A program made the translations under genes and the position numbers. The notes beneath the pieces are model-generated. The model saw nothing but the letters and a program-made list of their open reading frames with translations, was not told the DNA's origin and searched no databases. Shown one piece after another: positions 9,357-19,836 of a DNA stretch of 64,000 nt. How positions within the stretch are numbered: position 1 is the stretch's first letter; each line of letters starts with the position of its first letter. The DNA comes from Alphaproteobacteria bacterium UBA2903 (lineage in GTDB: Bacteria > Pseudomonadota > Alphaproteobacteria > CAAGCB01 > CAG-977). Location of the stretch: the NCBI GenBank assembly GCA_002349565.1, contig DEDN01000035.1, positions 74,812 to 138,811 of the forward strand. Reading direction: 5' to 3'.

Positions 9357-11882
9357 ATGGCTTCGGTTTTAAGCGCGCTTTTGGGACCCACGAACACGGG
9401 TAAAACCTATCTGGCGGTCGATAAAATGCTGTCGCACAAAAGCGGTATGATAGGATTTCCGCTGCGCCTGCTCGCCCGCGAAAACTACGACAAAATCGTG
9501 CGCCGGAAAGGCGTCGAATCGGTTGCGCTGATTACGGGCGAAGAAAAGATTTTACCGAAAAATCCGTCTTATTTCGTCTGCACGGTCGAAGCGATGCCGC
9601 TGGAACGCCCCGTGTCGTTTCTGGCGGTGGACGAGATTCAAATGGCAGCGGATCCCGAACGCGGACATATCTTTACCGACCGACTGCTGCATGCGCGCGG
9701 CATTAACGAAACCATGTTTTTGGGCGCGGAAACAATCCGTCCTTTGCTGAACAAGCTGCTGCCCGACTGCGCGATTGAAACGCGCCCGCGGTTTTCCAAG
9801 CTGACCTATACGGGGGTCAAGAAAATCACCCGTCTGCCGCCGCGTTCGGCGATTATCGGCTTTTCTTTGCAAGACGTGTACGCTCTGGCGGAGCTGATTC
9901 GCCGTCAAAGGGGCGGCGCGGCGGTCGTAATGGGCGCGCTCAGCCCCCGCACGCGCAACGCGCAGGTCGAGATGTTCCAGTCGGGCGAAGTCGATTATCT
10001 GGTCGCGACGGACGCAATCGGCATGGGATTGAATTTACAGGTCGAACACGTCTGCTTTACGTCTTTGCGCAAATTCGACGGGCAAAGGATGCGGATGCTG
10101 ATTCCCGCCGAGCTGGCGCAAATCGCGGGACGGGCGGGACGCTACATGACCGACGGCACGTTCGGGGTCGCCGCCGAAGCGACCGCCATGACCCAAGACG
10201 TCATCGACCGAATCGAGGAACACCGCTTTGAATCTTTGGCGGGGTTGTATTGGCGCAATCACGACATCAAAACGACATCGACGGACGCTTTGCTGTACAG
10301 CTTGGGCAAACGCCCGACGCTTTCGGGGCTGATTGGCGCGCGCAAAGCCGACGACCAGTTGGTTTTGGAGGAGCTGCTGCGCGACGAATCGGTCAAAAAA
10401 CTGGCGGACACGCCCGCGGCGGTGGAACTGTTGTGGAACGTCTGCCAAATTCCCGATTTCGGAAAAGTGTCGCCGCAAGCGCATGCGCGCTTGTTATCGC
10501 AGATTTATCGGGCTATACTGACGGACGGTTGCCTGCCGCAAGACTGGTTCGCCAAGCAAGTGGCGCGGCTGGACAATACGAACGGCGACATCGATGTCGT
10601 TACGGGACGTATTGCGGGAATCAGAATTTGGACGTATATTGCTCAGCGCAAAGGATGGGTCGGGCAATCCGCGTTCTGGCAGGACAAAACCCGCGCCGTC
10701 GAGGACAGGCTTTCCGACGCTTTGCATCAAAAGCTGACTCAACGGTTCGTGGACAAGCGGACTTCTATTTTGGTAAAAGGCATGAAAACACAGGTTGAAT
10801 TGGTAACGGAAATCGACGAAAACGGAAACGTCGTTGTTGAAGGACAGGATATCGGAAAGCTGGAAGGATTGCGCTTTCAGCCGATTACGGGCGAAGGCAA
10901 ATACGCCGACCGCGTTTTGATGAACGCCGCGGAAAAAGCGCTGAGCGCGGAATTTCAATCGCGCGCCGCGGCAATATCCGCCGCCCCCGACGAAGAATTT
11001 GCGTTGGAAAACAACGCGGCAATCCTGTGGAAAGGGCAAATCATCGCCAAAGCCGTCAAAGGGCGCGATTCTCTGCATCCCTCTGTTGCCGTTTCGGCGC
11101 ACGAAACGCTGGATTCCGCGCTGATTGAACAGGTCAAATCCAAACTGACGGGCTGGCTGGAGGTATACCTTGCCAACAAAATTGCACCGTTGTTTACGGC
11201 TTTGCGCACGCTGGACGAAGAACACGCAACGGGCGCGGCGCGCGGTATTTTGTGGCAGGTCGCCGAAGCGTTCGGCACAATGCCCCGCGGCGCGGTCGCC
11301 GATTTGATTAAAAGCTTGAACGAAGCCGACAAAAAAGTGCTAGCGAAAGCGGGATTGCGCTTGGGACACGATTATTTGTTCTTCCCGCTGCTGCTCAAAC
11401 CCGCGGCTCAGCGCGTTTTGGCGATTTTGTGGAAGATTTGGAACGACAAAACGCAATACGCGAGGGGCTTTGCCACGGACGGCAAGATGTCGTTCGCCGT
11501 CGAACGCGGCGTTCCCCGCGCTTTGTATTTGGTGCAGGGCTATGCGACGACGGGCGCGCGCGCGATTCGCGTCGACGTAATGGAACGTTTTACCGCCAAA
11601 CTGCGCGAAGTCACGCGTCAGGACAAGGGCAAACCGCAAATTCTGCCGTTGGAACTGCTGTCTTTGGCGGGACTGAAGCGCGACGAAGCCGAAGAAGTGT
11701 TCGGCTATCTGGGATTCAAAGTCACCAAGGAAACGCAGACGACGACCGTCGGCGAAGAAACCAAAGAAACGGAAGTGCTGATGATTCAGCCGAAATTCCG
11801 CAAACCCAAAGCGCAAAAAGCGGACGAAAAGCCCGTCGATATGTCGTCGCCGTTCGCGGCATTGGCGGCGTTGCGCAAATAA
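9357..11882 (+). CDS. SUV3-like ATP-dependent helicase (helicase-related protein)
   Basis: A Walker A motif (GPTNTGKT) and a DEIQ box are present. The N-terminal region resembles SUPV3L1-type bacterial helicases, and there is a long C-terminal extension. Confidence 0.7.
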   Translation: MASVLSALLGPTNTGKTYLAVDKMLSHKSGMIGFPLRLLARENYDKIVRRKGVESVALITGEEKILPKNPSYFVCTVEAMPLERPVSFLAVDEIQMAADPERGHIFTDRLLHARGINETMFLGAETIRPLLNKLLPDCAIETRPRFSKLTYTGVKKITRLPPRSAIIGFSLQDVYALAELIRRQRGGAAVVMGALSPRTRNAQVEMFQSGEVDYLVATDAIGMGLNLQVEHVCFTSLRKFDGQRMRMLIPAELAQIAGRAGRYMTDGTFGVAAEATAMTQDVIDRIEEHRFESLAGLYWRNHDIKTTSTDALLYSLGKRPTLSGLIGARKADDQLVLEELLRDESVKKLADTPAAVELLWNVCQIPDFGKVSPQAHARLLSQIYRAILTDGCLPQDWFAKQVARLDNTNGDIDVVTGRIAGIRIWTYIAQRKGWVGQSAFWQDKTRAVEDRLSDALHQKLTQRFVDKRTSILVKGMKTQVELVTEIDENGNVVVEGQDIGKLEGLRFQPITGEGKYADRVLMNAAEKALSAEFQSRAAAISAAPDEEFALENNAAILWKGQIIAKAVKGRDSLHPSVAVSAHETLDSALIEQVKSKLTGWLEVYLANKIAPLFTALRTLDEEHATGAARGILWQVAEAFGTMPRGAVADLIKSLNEADKKVLAKAGLRLGHDYLFFPLLLKPAAQRVLAILWKIWNDKTQYARGFATDGKMSFAVERGVPRALYLVQGYATTGARAIRVDVMERFTAKLREVTRQDKGKPQILPLELLSLAGLKRDEAEEVFGYLGFKVTKETQTTTVGEETKETEVLMIQPKFRKPKAQKADEKPVDMSSPFAALAALRK

Positions 11883-12250
11883 TGGGCGTCCGCATCGACA
11901 AATGGCTGTATTGCGCGCGGTTTGCGAAAACCCGCACCGAAGCGCAACAGCTGTGCCATGCGGGACATGTCGCTTTAAACGGCGAAAAAGGATTTAAAAC
12001 CGCGCGGGATGTGCAGATCGGCGACGAACTGACCATTCTGCGCGGTTCGATTCGTTTTCATATCAAAGTAACGGGTTTTGCCGAAAAACGGGTCGGCGCG
12101 CCGATTGCCCGCACGCTGTACGAACAGCTGTCCGAACCCGAAAACCTGAAACCGCCGAAAACCATGGCGTTTGAACGCCGCGACGCGGGCGCGGGCAGAC
12201 CGACCAAACGCGACCGCCGCGCGCTGAACAGGCTGAAAGGCAAGTTTTAA
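11882..12250 (+). CDS. hslR: Ribosome-associated heat shock protein Hsp15 (S4 RNA-binding domain)
   Basis: The sequence MGVRIDKWLYCARFAKTRTEAQQLC... is typical of HslR. Its start overlaps the helicase stop (TAATG). Confidence 0.8.
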   Translation: MGVRIDKWLYCARFAKTRTEAQQLCHAGHVALNGEKGFKTARDVQIGDELTILRGSIRFHIKVTGFAEKRVGAPIARTLYEQLSEPENLKPPKTMAFERRDAGAGRPTKRDRRALNRLKGKF

Positions 12251-12336
12251 AATATTCGAACTTGCGCGGCGGGTAAAATCAGGCTGTGCGAACAAAAGGT
12301 CTACAAAAAAAGCCCCCTTACCGGGAGCTTTTTTTA

Positions 12337-12429
12337 TGGCGGATGGAGCGAGATTCGAACTCGCGAGGAGCTGTTAACCCCTACACACTTTCCAGGCGTG
12401 CGCCTTCAACCGCTCGGCCATCCATCCGC
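12337..12429 (-). tRNA. tRNA-Ser (anticodon GGA), 93 nt with long variable arm
   Basis: The reverse complement folds as a cloverleaf. The acceptor is GCGGATG/CATCCGC, the anticodon loop is CTGGAAA, a long variable arm is present, the T-loop is TTCGAAT, and the 3' CCA is encoded. Confidence 0.85.
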
Positions 12430-12599
12430 TTGTTGAGAACAGGGGCAAATTACAGCATTTGGGCGTCGTTGGCAAGCTTTTAATTTCATTTTTTTCATTT
12501 TTTTGTGTGCTGTTTTATTTTTTCCTTGAATTTTTCAATGTTTTTTAAAATATTATCCCTAAAATTTGCAAAGAACGGATTTTTAAGAAAGAGACGCCT

Positions 12600-12857
12600 A
12601 TGTTTGTCGGACGCTTGTTTGGATGGGTTTTCTTGATCACCGCTTTTGTAACGGCATCCGCCGAAGCGGTCGCCGCTTTGGGATCGGGGGAATATATCGG
12701 CATTGCCACCGCTGACGTTTTGACGATTATCACGGGTGTAACTTCCGATACGCCGTTGCTCCGCTGTCCCGCGTGGCTGACGATGGCGATAGTCGGCGCG
12801 GTTTTGATTTTCTGCTGCAGAAAAAAGAAATACAAAGTGTCCTTTGCATCAAAGTAA
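12600..12857 (+). CDS. Small membrane protein (85 aa, two TM segments)
   Basis: The hydrophobic ORF is followed by a strong terminator. The AT-rich upstream region is promoter-like. Confidence 0.4.
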   Translation: MFVGRLFGWVFLITAFVTASAEAVAALGSGEYIGIATADVLTIITGVTSDTPLLRCPAWLTMAIVGAVLIFCCRKKKYKVSFASK

Positions 12858-12859
12858 TG

Positions 12860-12888
12860 AAAAAGCCCCGATTTTTTGGGGCTTTTGC
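12860..12888. terminator. Rho-independent terminator (agcccc-gattttttg-gggct)
   Basis: A hairpin is flanked by an A-run and a T-run, between convergent genes. Confidence 0.65.
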
Positions 12889-12889
12889 T

Positions 12890-13690
12890 TTATTCGGCTT
12901 TTTTTTCCGTTTCATCTGTTGCGGGTTGTTCATAAACGCAAAAACAGGATTTTACACGATTGCACAGAGGGCAAGCGCCTTTTTTCCACCGTTTTTTATA
13001 CATCAGCCACCAAATCCCGAAACTGGCGACAATCAGCAACCCAACCAGCAAATATTGCACCGCGGTGTTGTCCGCATAATATACGGAAAACGGCTGAAGC
13101 ATAAACTGGACAACCAATACGCCCAGCAAAAACGCAAAGACTCTTAATCCGAAACGGTATTCGGACGAACGGTTCGACCGTCCGCCGAAAGCAACGCGGT
13201 AAAACAGAAAATACCACGGCAATTCCATAACGGCAAACGCCGCCAAAACCACCAAGACGATCAGCAGCATATCGGATTTTTCGGAAACAGCCGCCAAAAA
13301 GCCCATTGACATTGTTGCGATTGTCAAAAACAGGCGAATGGACAGGATGCGGCACACCGTTTCCAAAATGAACAGTCCGAAATACAGACCGATCCGCTTT
13401 AAATAAGCCCATGAAAACACTTTCAGCACGACTTGGGACGCGGAAACTTCGGTTTGTCCGTCGCGAATGATGGCTTTTAGCCGAGGTTTGGGCATGAAAA
13501 CCAGACATGCGGTTTCGCGCGCCAGAAACATCGTGAAAAAGAATGCGATCGGCGCAAAGAAAATAAACGGCAGGTACAAATACAGTTCGGCGAACAGGGG
13601 AACGAAAGGAGTCATTGCCGCCCACAACACGGTGCAAAGCGCAACGATGCCCAATCCAGCCCAACAGATTTTTTTGATGGTTCGACTCAT
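12890..13690 (-). CDS. Polytopic membrane protein of unknown function (266 aa)
   Basis: Multiple hydrophobic segments are present and the C-terminus carries a CPLC...C motif. Confidence 0.5.
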   Translation of the reverse strand: MSRTIKKICWAGLGIVALCTVLWAAMTPFVPLFAELYLYLPFIFFAPIAFFFTMFLARETACLVFMPKPRLKAIIRDGQTEVSASQVVLKVFSWAYLKRIGLYFGLFILETVCRILSIRLFLTIATMSMGFLAAVSEKSDMLLIVLVVLAAFAVMELPWYFLFYRVAFGGRSNRSSEYRFGLRVFAFLLGVLVVQFMLQPFSVYYADNTAVQYLLVGLLIVASFGIWWLMYKKRWKKGACPLCNRVKSCFCVYEQPATDETEKKAE

Positions 13691-13752
13691 TTGTTTTTCC
13701 TTAATTTAAAAAGCGGATGTTTTTGTTTTAACACAAAAACGTCCGCCGCGCT

Positions 13753-15393
13753 TTATAGCAAAGTTGTCTGATCCAAAGCCGCTTTGATAAACCCTTTGAA
13801 CAACGGATGGGCGTCAAAGGCGCGGGATTTGAATTCGGGGTGGAACTGAACCGCCAAATAGAACGGATGGTCTTTCAATTCGACGATTTCCGGCAACAGT
13901 CCGTCGGGGGAAACGCCCGAAATTTGCAGTCCTTTTTCTTCCAGCCGTTTGGCGATGTCCATGTTGACTTCGTAGCGGTGGCGGTGGCGTTCGCGAATCT
14001 CTGCGGCGTTGCCGTACAGTTTCGCCGCCAAAGATCCCGCTTTCAAACGGCAGGGATACGCCCCCAGACGCATCGTGCCGCCGACATCCGTTGCTTCGGA
14101 ACGGATTTGTTTTTTGCCGTCCTGTTCCCATTCGGTCATCAAAGCGACAACGGGCGTGCAGTCTTTGGTAAATTCGGTCGAGCTGGCGTTCGCAATGCCC
14201 AATAAATGGCGCGCCGCTTCGATAACGGCAGTCTGCATGCCCAAGCAAATGCCGAAGAACGGCAGTTTGTGTTCACGGGCGAACTGTTCGGCAAGCATTT
14301 TGCCTTCGACGCCGCGCGTGCCGAATCCGCCGGGGACAAGGATGCCCTGAACGTCGGCGAACGTTTCGGCGATTTGTTCGGGCGTTTTGCCTTCCAGCGT
14401 GTCGGATTCGATCCATTTGACGTTGACTTTCGTCTTGTGTGCGATGCCCGCATGGAAAATCGCTTCGTTCAAGGATTTGTACGCTTCAAGCAATCCGCAG
14501 TACTTGCCGACGACGGCGATGGAAACCGCGTGTTCCCAGTTGCCGATAACGTTGACGATGTTTTCCCAGCGCGACAAATCGGGCTTGTTCGCGTTGTCCA
14601 TTTTGAAATAATGCAGAATGCGGTCGTCCAATCCCGCTTCATGGTACTGCAGGGGAATCTTGTAAATGCTGTCGGCATCCAAAGCGGCGATCACGTCTTG
14701 CGGCGCGATGTTGCAGAACAAAGCGATTTTCGCCCGTTCGCTTTCGGACAGAGCGACGGCGGAACGGCACAGCAGGATGTTGGGCTGAATCCCCGTTTCC
14801 AACAGCTGTTTGACGGAATGCTGAGTCGGCTTTGTTTTCAATTCACCCGCCGCGGGAATATAGGGCAGCAGGGTCAAGTGCAAAAACAGGCAGTTTTCTT
14901 TGCCGACTTGGTTGGCGTACTGGCGAATCGCCTCCAAAAACAAAGTGCCTTCGATATCGCCGACCGTGCCGCCGATTTCGTACATCACGAAATCTTCATC
15001 GGTCAGGTCGGATTCGATGAAGTGCTTTATCTCGTCGGTGACGTGAGGGATGGCTTGCACCGTCGCGCCCAGATATTCGCCGCGGCGTTCTTTCATCAAA
15101 ACGTTGTAGTAAATGCGCCCGCCCGAAATCGAATCGGTTTTGTGGCACGGATTGCCGATAAAGCGTTCGTAATGCCCCAAGTCCAAATCCGTTTCCGCGC
15201 CGTCGTCGGTGACGAACACTTCGCCGTGCTGGAAAGGCGACATCGTGCCGGGATCGATGTTCAAATACGGATCCATTTTGCGCATGCGAACCTTGTATCC
15301 GCGTGCCTGCAGCAAAGCTCCGATGGCTGCGGAAGCCATGCCTTTTCCCAACGAAGAAACGACCCCGCCCGTGATAAAGATGTATTTTGTCAT
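13753..15393 (-). CDS. pyrG: CTP synthase
   Basis: The N-terminus is [18 protein letters not shown] and a C-terminal glutamine amidotransferase domain is present (GICLGMQ, HRHRYE). The track ORF is extended 27 codons upstream of this conserved start. Confidence 0.95.
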   Translation of the reverse strand: MTKYIFITGGVVSSLGKGMASAAIGALLQARGYKVRMRKMDPYLNIDPGTMSPFQHGEVFVTDDGAETDLDLGHYERFIGNPCHKTDSISGGRIYYNVLMKERRGEYLGATVQAIPHVTDEIKHFIESDLTDEDFVMYEIGGTVGDIEGTLFLEAIRQYANQVGKENCLFLHLTLLPYIPAAGELKTKPTQHSVKQLLETGIQPNILLCRSAVALSESERAKIALFCNIAPQDVIAALDADSIYKIPLQYHEAGLDDRILHYFKMDNANKPDLSRWENIVNVIGNWEHAVSIAVVGKYCGLLEAYKSLNEAIFHAGIAHKTKVNVKWIESDTLEGKTPEQIAETFADVQGILVPGGFGTRGVEGKMLAEQFAREHKLPFFGICLGMQTAVIEAARHLLGIANASSTEFTKDCTPVVALMTEWEQDGKKQIRSEATDVGGTMRLGAYPCRLKAGSLAAKLYGNAAEIRERHRHRYEVNMDIAKRLEEKGLQISGVSPDGLLPEIVELKDHPFYLAVQFHPEFKSRAFDAHPLFKGFIKAALDQTTLL

Positions 15394-15516
15394 AGTCAGC
15401 CTTTCTGAATGGTTTTCGGGTATCATATCGGGGCGGGCGGCAAAGTAAAGCTTTTTTAAGGTGTTTTTAACCAACCTTGTGTAAAGTAAAGCAAATTATT
15501 CGGAATAAGGATTGCC

Positions 15517-15951
15517 GTGATGAAAAAAATTTTGCTGACTGTGCTGATGATCGCGATGGCGGGATGCGCCAACACCGAATCGATGGATAGAAACGCCGAC
15601 GACGCAAACGGTCTGTCGCCCAGCTTCGCGCAGTTCAACGACATTCCCATTCCCGAAAAAGCGACCATGGATCTGAAACAGACTTTGCTGTTGGGCGGAT
15701 CGTCGTCGTGGATCGGACGCTTGGTGTTTTCGACGCCGTATTCTTTGAACAGCATGTTCGATTTTTACATGTCCGAAATGCCCAAGTTCGGCTGGAAAGA
15801 AGTCACCGTCGTGCGTTCCAAAATCAGCGTGATGACCTTTACGAACAAAAGCCGAATCGCCACCATTCAGCTGGAGCAGGATCTGGTCAACGGTTCGGTC
15901 GTTTCCTTTACGGTTTCGCCCAAATCCGAAGCCAAAACGGGCGCGAAGTGA
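15517..15951 (+). CDS. Lipoprotein (lipobox MAGC)
   Basis: A signal peptide with an LxxC lipobox is present. The protein is 144 aa. Confidence 0.5.
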   Translation: MMKKILLTVLMIAMAGCANTESMDRNADDANGLSPSFAQFNDIPIPEKATMDLKQTLLLGGSSSWIGRLVFSTPYSLNSMFDFYMSEMPKFGWKEVTVVRSKISVMTFTNKSRIATIQLEQDLVNGSVVSFTVSPKSEAKTGAK

Positions 15952-15959
15952 TTCGGCAT

Positions 15960-16439
15960 TCAGACCAGAAACGTAAAGATATTCATAAACAGCAGAAAAC
16001 AGACCAATCCGATGTACGGCAGCATTAACACGGTTGCCGTCAGCGACATGGCTTTAAATTCCGAAAAAGCGAAGATCAGCGCGATGATTCCGATGAACAG
16101 ATCAAACAGCGCGGCGCCCGTCCAATGCAGTCCGAAAAACAATCCCAGCCACACAATCGTCAGGAAGAACTGACTCCAGAACAGCAAAACGGGGATTTCG
16201 TCATCTTCTTGACGCGCGATTTCCGAAATAATGCCGTATGCGGCGGCTTGGCATAAATACGAAACGGAACAGTAAATCAGCATCATCATGCCCGATGTCG
16301 GCATGACAAACGTGCCGTTCGTCTGTGCGATGACGTCGCCTTTGTTCGCATCAATGACCACGGCGAACAATACGGCGGCGCACAGACTGGCGATCCAAAA
16401 CCAAATCAAGTGGTATTTCAGCGACAGAATTTTAGCCAT
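15960..16439 (-). CDS. TspO/MBR-like tryptophan-rich membrane protein
   Basis: The protein is about 160 aa with five TM segments, is Trp-rich, and has a C-terminal LMLPYIGLVCF that resembles the TspO LLxPY motif. The start is taken at MAKILS (ATG 16439), not the extended track ORF. Confidence 0.5.
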   Translation of the reverse strand: MAKILSLKYHLIWFWIASLCAAVLFAVVIDANKGDVIAQTNGTFVMPTSGMMMLIYCSVSYLCQAAAYGIISEIARQEDDEIPVLLFWSQFFLTIVWLGLFFGLHWTGAALFDLFIGIIALIFAFSEFKAMSLTATVLMLPYIGLVCFLLFMNIFTFLV

Positions 16440-16567
16440 GGCGGTATCTCCTTTGCCTGTAACGATACGCCCGCGCGCCGAAAACAAAAAGATGGGCAAT
16501 GTGTCTATACAAACCCGTTTTATCGGAGTATAATCAACGCAAATATTATTCGGCAAAGGATTGTGCA

Positions 16568-17131
16568 ATGCGCTTTTTGACAGGATTGTTGATGCTTTCG
16601 GGCTTTTTAACCGCCGCCGTGCGGGATTGCGGGGCGGAGGAGCTTTCCGCCGCCGCGCGCCGTATTGCCGCCAACAAAGCCAAATTGGCGGAATTGGACA
16701 AGGAAGCTGTGAAAACGGGGCAAACCGTCGCCGATATCGGCAGTCTGTCGATTGACGATTTTTTGCAGCTGCAGGCTGTTCCCGACGGCTTGGATGCCGT
16801 GGGGGCGGATGCCTTGGCTCATGCCGATGAAAGCATGGATTTTATGACGGCCAACCAAGCCGTCGATGCCATCAAGGTAATGCGCCAAAACGGCATTGAA
16901 CTGCCGGACGGATTGGAGGACAAGGTTAAAAAAGACCCCGATAACGCTTCAAAGCTGATGATGGAGGCTTTTTCGACAATCGCTCCGTCAAACGCGTCCG
17001 CCGACGAAATCAAGGCGATGCGCCGCAAAGTGATGCGTCAATCCGAAAACGCGTTGGGTTTCAGCTTTAAATCCATCGTTGACAATCAAAGAAAAATGAT
17101 GACTTCCGTAAAGAACAAGAAAAAGAAATGA
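16568..17131 (+). CDS. Secreted/periplasmic protein of unknown function
   Basis: A signal peptide (MRFLTGLLMLSGFLTAA) is followed by an acidic helical protein with a lysine-rich C-terminus. Confidence 0.45.
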   Translation: MRFLTGLLMLSGFLTAAVRDCGAEELSAAARRIAANKAKLAELDKEAVKTGQTVADIGSLSIDDFLQLQAVPDGLDAVGADALAHADESMDFMTANQAVDAIKVMRQNGIELPDGLEDKVKKDPDNASKLMMEAFSTIAPSNASADEIKAMRRKVMRQSENALGFSFKSIVDNQRKMMTSVKNKKKK

Positions 17132-17841
17132 CTCCCGTTTTTATCCTTGTCCGTCCTCAGCTGGCGGAAAATGTCGGCACAGCGGCGCGCGCCATGATGA
17201 ATTGTGCCCTGGCTGAAATGCGTTTGGTCGATCCCGACGAAGATCCGCTGTGTTCGCGCGCGATTGCCGCGTCTTCGGGCGCGGATGAAATTTTAAGAAA
17301 CGCCAAAATCTTTAAAACGGTGGAAGAAGCCGTTGCCGATTTGCAGAAGGTCTATGCGACGACGGGGCGTCCGCGCGATATGATAAAGCCCGTCTTTACG
17401 GGGCAGGGCATGGCAAAGGATATTCAGGCGCGGCAAGCGCAGGGAATCAAATGCGGCGTGATGTTCGGTCCCGAACGCACGGGGCTGGAAAACGAAGACG
17501 TGGCGTATGCCGACGCGATTGTGAACATCCCGCTGAATCCGAAGCATTGTTCGCTGAATTTGGCGCAAGCCGTTTTGCTGACGGGGTATGAGATCTTTCG
17601 GCTGACCGATTCGACGGCGGAGGAATATCTGGCGACGCCGAACACGGTTCCCGCGGACAAAACCGAATTGGAACACTTGTTCACCCATTTGGAAGACGAG
17701 CTGGAGCAGGTCGGCTATTTCCGTTCGCCCGAAAAGAAACCGCGCATGATGCGCAATTTGCGCAGCATCTTTTTGCGAGCAGATTTGACGTCGCAGGATG
17801 TCAGAACGCTGCACGGCGTCATTACGGATTTAAGACGCTAA
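17128..17841 (+). CDS. trmJ: SpoU/TrmH-family tRNA 2'-O-methyltransferase (TrmJ-like)
   Basis: The sequence aligns with TrmJ (ENVGTAARAMMNCAL, LVDP, FGPERTGLENED, SLNLAQAV). Confidence 0.7.
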   Translation: MTPVFILVRPQLAENVGTAARAMMNCALAEMRLVDPDEDPLCSRAIAASSGADEILRNAKIFKTVEEAVADLQKVYATTGRPRDMIKPVFTGQGMAKDIQARQAQGIKCGVMFGPERTGLENEDVAYADAIVNIPLNPKHCSLNLAQAVLLTGYEIFRLTDSTAEEYLATPNTVPADKTELEHLFTHLEDELEQVGYFRSPEKKPRMMRNLRSIFLRADLTSQDVRTLHGVITDLRR

Positions 17842-18623
17842 CGCCGCTTTTTGCGTTTAACCGCTTTCTTTTTGCCCGTCGGTTTCACGGCGGGCTTTTT
17901 CTTTTCGGGTTTTGGCGCCATAGACGCGCAGACGGACTTTCCGTCGGGCAGGGACACCATTTCTTCGCCGTAAGGACAGGTAAAGCAGCCGCCTTGCTTG
18001 TTCTTGTACGGCGCGTTTTTCGGACAGGCGCGGCACGTCCAGCGGTTTTCCGCGTTTTTTTCGACATACGGGCATAAAAAGTCGTTTTGCTTTGCCAGCC
18101 GTTTGCAAATTTCAACCTCGCGTGCGGCTTTCGGATCGTCGGGATAGATCGACGGGCAGACGTTTTTCAAAGGCTCTTTGTTGCGGAAAGTTTTGGCGTC
18201 CGTGTTTTCTTTCGGCGGCAGCGTTGTTTTGTATGCCGCGCCCAAAGACAAAGCCATGCGCTCCAATTCGGAATCGGATACGGCGCGTCCGCCCGGTTTA
18301 ACCGCTTTGCCGTCAACAACGGGATACAGGCTTAAACACATGGGATAGCCGTCTTTTTTAGCCAAAAGTGTCCCCGTCGGGCAGCGAAAGCAAAAAGCTT
18401 TGTTTTTGGTGTCGTCAATCAGGTACACGCTGTTTTCGGGGCAGGACACGCACGCGCCGATCTGTTTCGGGTAAGCTTGTTTTTCGCCCGTTTGGCACTT
18501 TTCGCGCTTGCGGTATAAAAAATTGTAAATCACGGGGACGGATGTTTTCGGCACATAAGAATAGGTATACGCCGCGGCGGATTCGGAAAACAGCACAAAA
18601 AACAAAAGCAAAATCAATCTCAT
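17838..18623 (-). CDS. Secreted cysteine-rich repeat protein with polybasic C-terminal tail
   Basis: A signal peptide (MRLILLLFFVLFSESAAA) is followed by repeated C..CP motifs and a KPEKKKPAVKPTGKKKAVKRKKRR tail. The ATG overlaps the stop of the upstream Sel1 gene (ATGA). Confidence 0.55.
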   Translation of the reverse strand: MRLILLLFFVLFSESAAAYTYSYVPKTSVPVIYNFLYRKREKCQTGEKQAYPKQIGACVSCPENSVYLIDDTKNKAFCFRCPTGTLLAKKDGYPMCLSLYPVVDGKAVKPGGRAVSDSELERMALSLGAAYKTTLPPKENTDAKTFRNKEPLKNVCPSIYPDDPKAAREVEICKRLAKQNDFLCPYVEKNAENRWTCRACPKNAPYKNKQGGCFTCPYGEEMVSLPDGKSVCASMAPKPEKKKPAVKPTGKKKAVKRKKRR

Positions 18624-19714
18624 TGCGCGTTCTCCGATTCTTTCCACGGCAGGTTCAGCGCGCACACGCCGCGGATTTCGGCGCCCAGACACGCATTGGC
18701 ATAAACGCCGATTTTGATGATTGCCCCCTGTTTCAACGCTTTGTTGAACAGCCGCTTGTTTTCGATTGTGGTGTAGAACGTTGTGCCGCAGGCTTCGAAC
18801 ATTTGTTCTCCGCCGCCGATTTTTTCCATATAGCCATCGCGGACGTCGAAAGTCCTGTAATAGTCGGGATGAAAGATCTTGACTGCATACGTTTCGATTT
18901 TCGGGTTTTTGCGTCCCGTTCCGAATAATTCCTGTTTGAAGCAGTCTTCGGGAACGTTTTGATCGCGGACGGTTGTTTTGCCCACGGACGGCGTTCCCTG
19001 TCCCGTAAAGTCTTTCCAGTCGCCCAATGCCTCCGTCAATTTTGCTTGGGTCAAGATCTCTTTGGCTTTCGCGCGGTCTTTGGCGACGCCGTGTCCGTAA
19101 AAGGAACGCAAAGCCCTGATCAGCGGATTGTCGCATTTTTTCAGCCAGTAAGCGGTGTCTTTCGCGCTTGCCCGCATGCCGATTCCGTAGTACGACATTT
19201 CAACCAACAGGCATTGAGCGGCTTTGTTCGGCTTTTTGACGGAATGGGCTGCGCGGCGCAGCTGGCGCAAAGCTTTTTCGGCATCGGGGTGGATGCCTTT
19301 GCCGTCCAGAATCATTTTTCCGTAGCGGTATTGGGCTTCGGTGTTGCCTTTTTGCGCGCCTTTTTTGTAATATTCCAAAGCCTTGTCATAATCGCCGCGC
19401 AGGGAATAAAATCGCCCCAATTCGTTGTGGCAGAAAAAGTTTTTTTCCCGTTCGGCGCATTTTTCATACCATGAAACGCCTTCGGTTTCGTTCTTTTTCA
19501 GTCCGTAGCGTCCCGCATTGTACGCAAAGCCCAGCAGCGAACACGCCCGCAGGGTTCCCGCTTCGCACAGATTTGCGAGCTTCGGCACGGCGGCGGCTGT
19601 TTTTCGGGCGTACAGCAAGCTTTCCGCCGCCTGAAATTCGGTTTTTTCCGCGGCGGCGGGGAAAGTCAGAAATACAATCGCCAAACATAAAACGCCCAAA
19701 CGCATCCAAAGCAT
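18620..19714 (-). CDS. Sel1-repeat (TPR-like) secreted protein with uncharacterised C-terminal domain
   Basis: A signal peptide is followed by several Sel1-like repeats (LGFAYNAGRYGLKKNETEGVSWYEKCAE... YRYGKMILDGKG...) and then a C-terminal domain of about 130 aa with no recognised family. Confidence 0.6.
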   Translation of the reverse strand: MLWMRLGVLCLAIVFLTFPAAAEKTEFQAAESLLYARKTAAAVPKLANLCEAGTLRACSLLGFAYNAGRYGLKKNETEGVSWYEKCAEREKNFFCHNELGRFYSLRGDYDKALEYYKKGAQKGNTEAQYRYGKMILDGKGIHPDAEKALRQLRRAAHSVKKPNKAAQCLLVEMSYYGIGMRASAKDTAYWLKKCDNPLIRALRSFYGHGVAKDRAKAKEILTQAKLTEALGDWKDFTGQGTPSVGKTTVRDQNVPEDCFKQELFGTGRKNPKIETYAVKIFHPDYYRTFDVRDGYMEKIGGGEQMFEACGTTFYTTIENKRLFNKALKQGAIIKIGVYANACLGAEIRGVCALNLPWKESENAQ

Positions 19715-19836
19715 CCTTTTGCTGTTTGCGACAAATTATAACGGCAATCTTTATTTTAGGTAAATGCCGAATTGACAAAGAGCCGAAAAAAGTTTCTAAT
19801 ACTCTTAACGAAATTTTCGAAAGGGAGCTCTTTATT

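Noticed and set aside
12286-12483. 65-aa plus-strand ORF
   Set aside because: It overlaps the tRNA-Ser gene on the opposite strand.
14206-15408. 400-aa plus-strand ORF
   Set aside because: It is antisense to pyrG.
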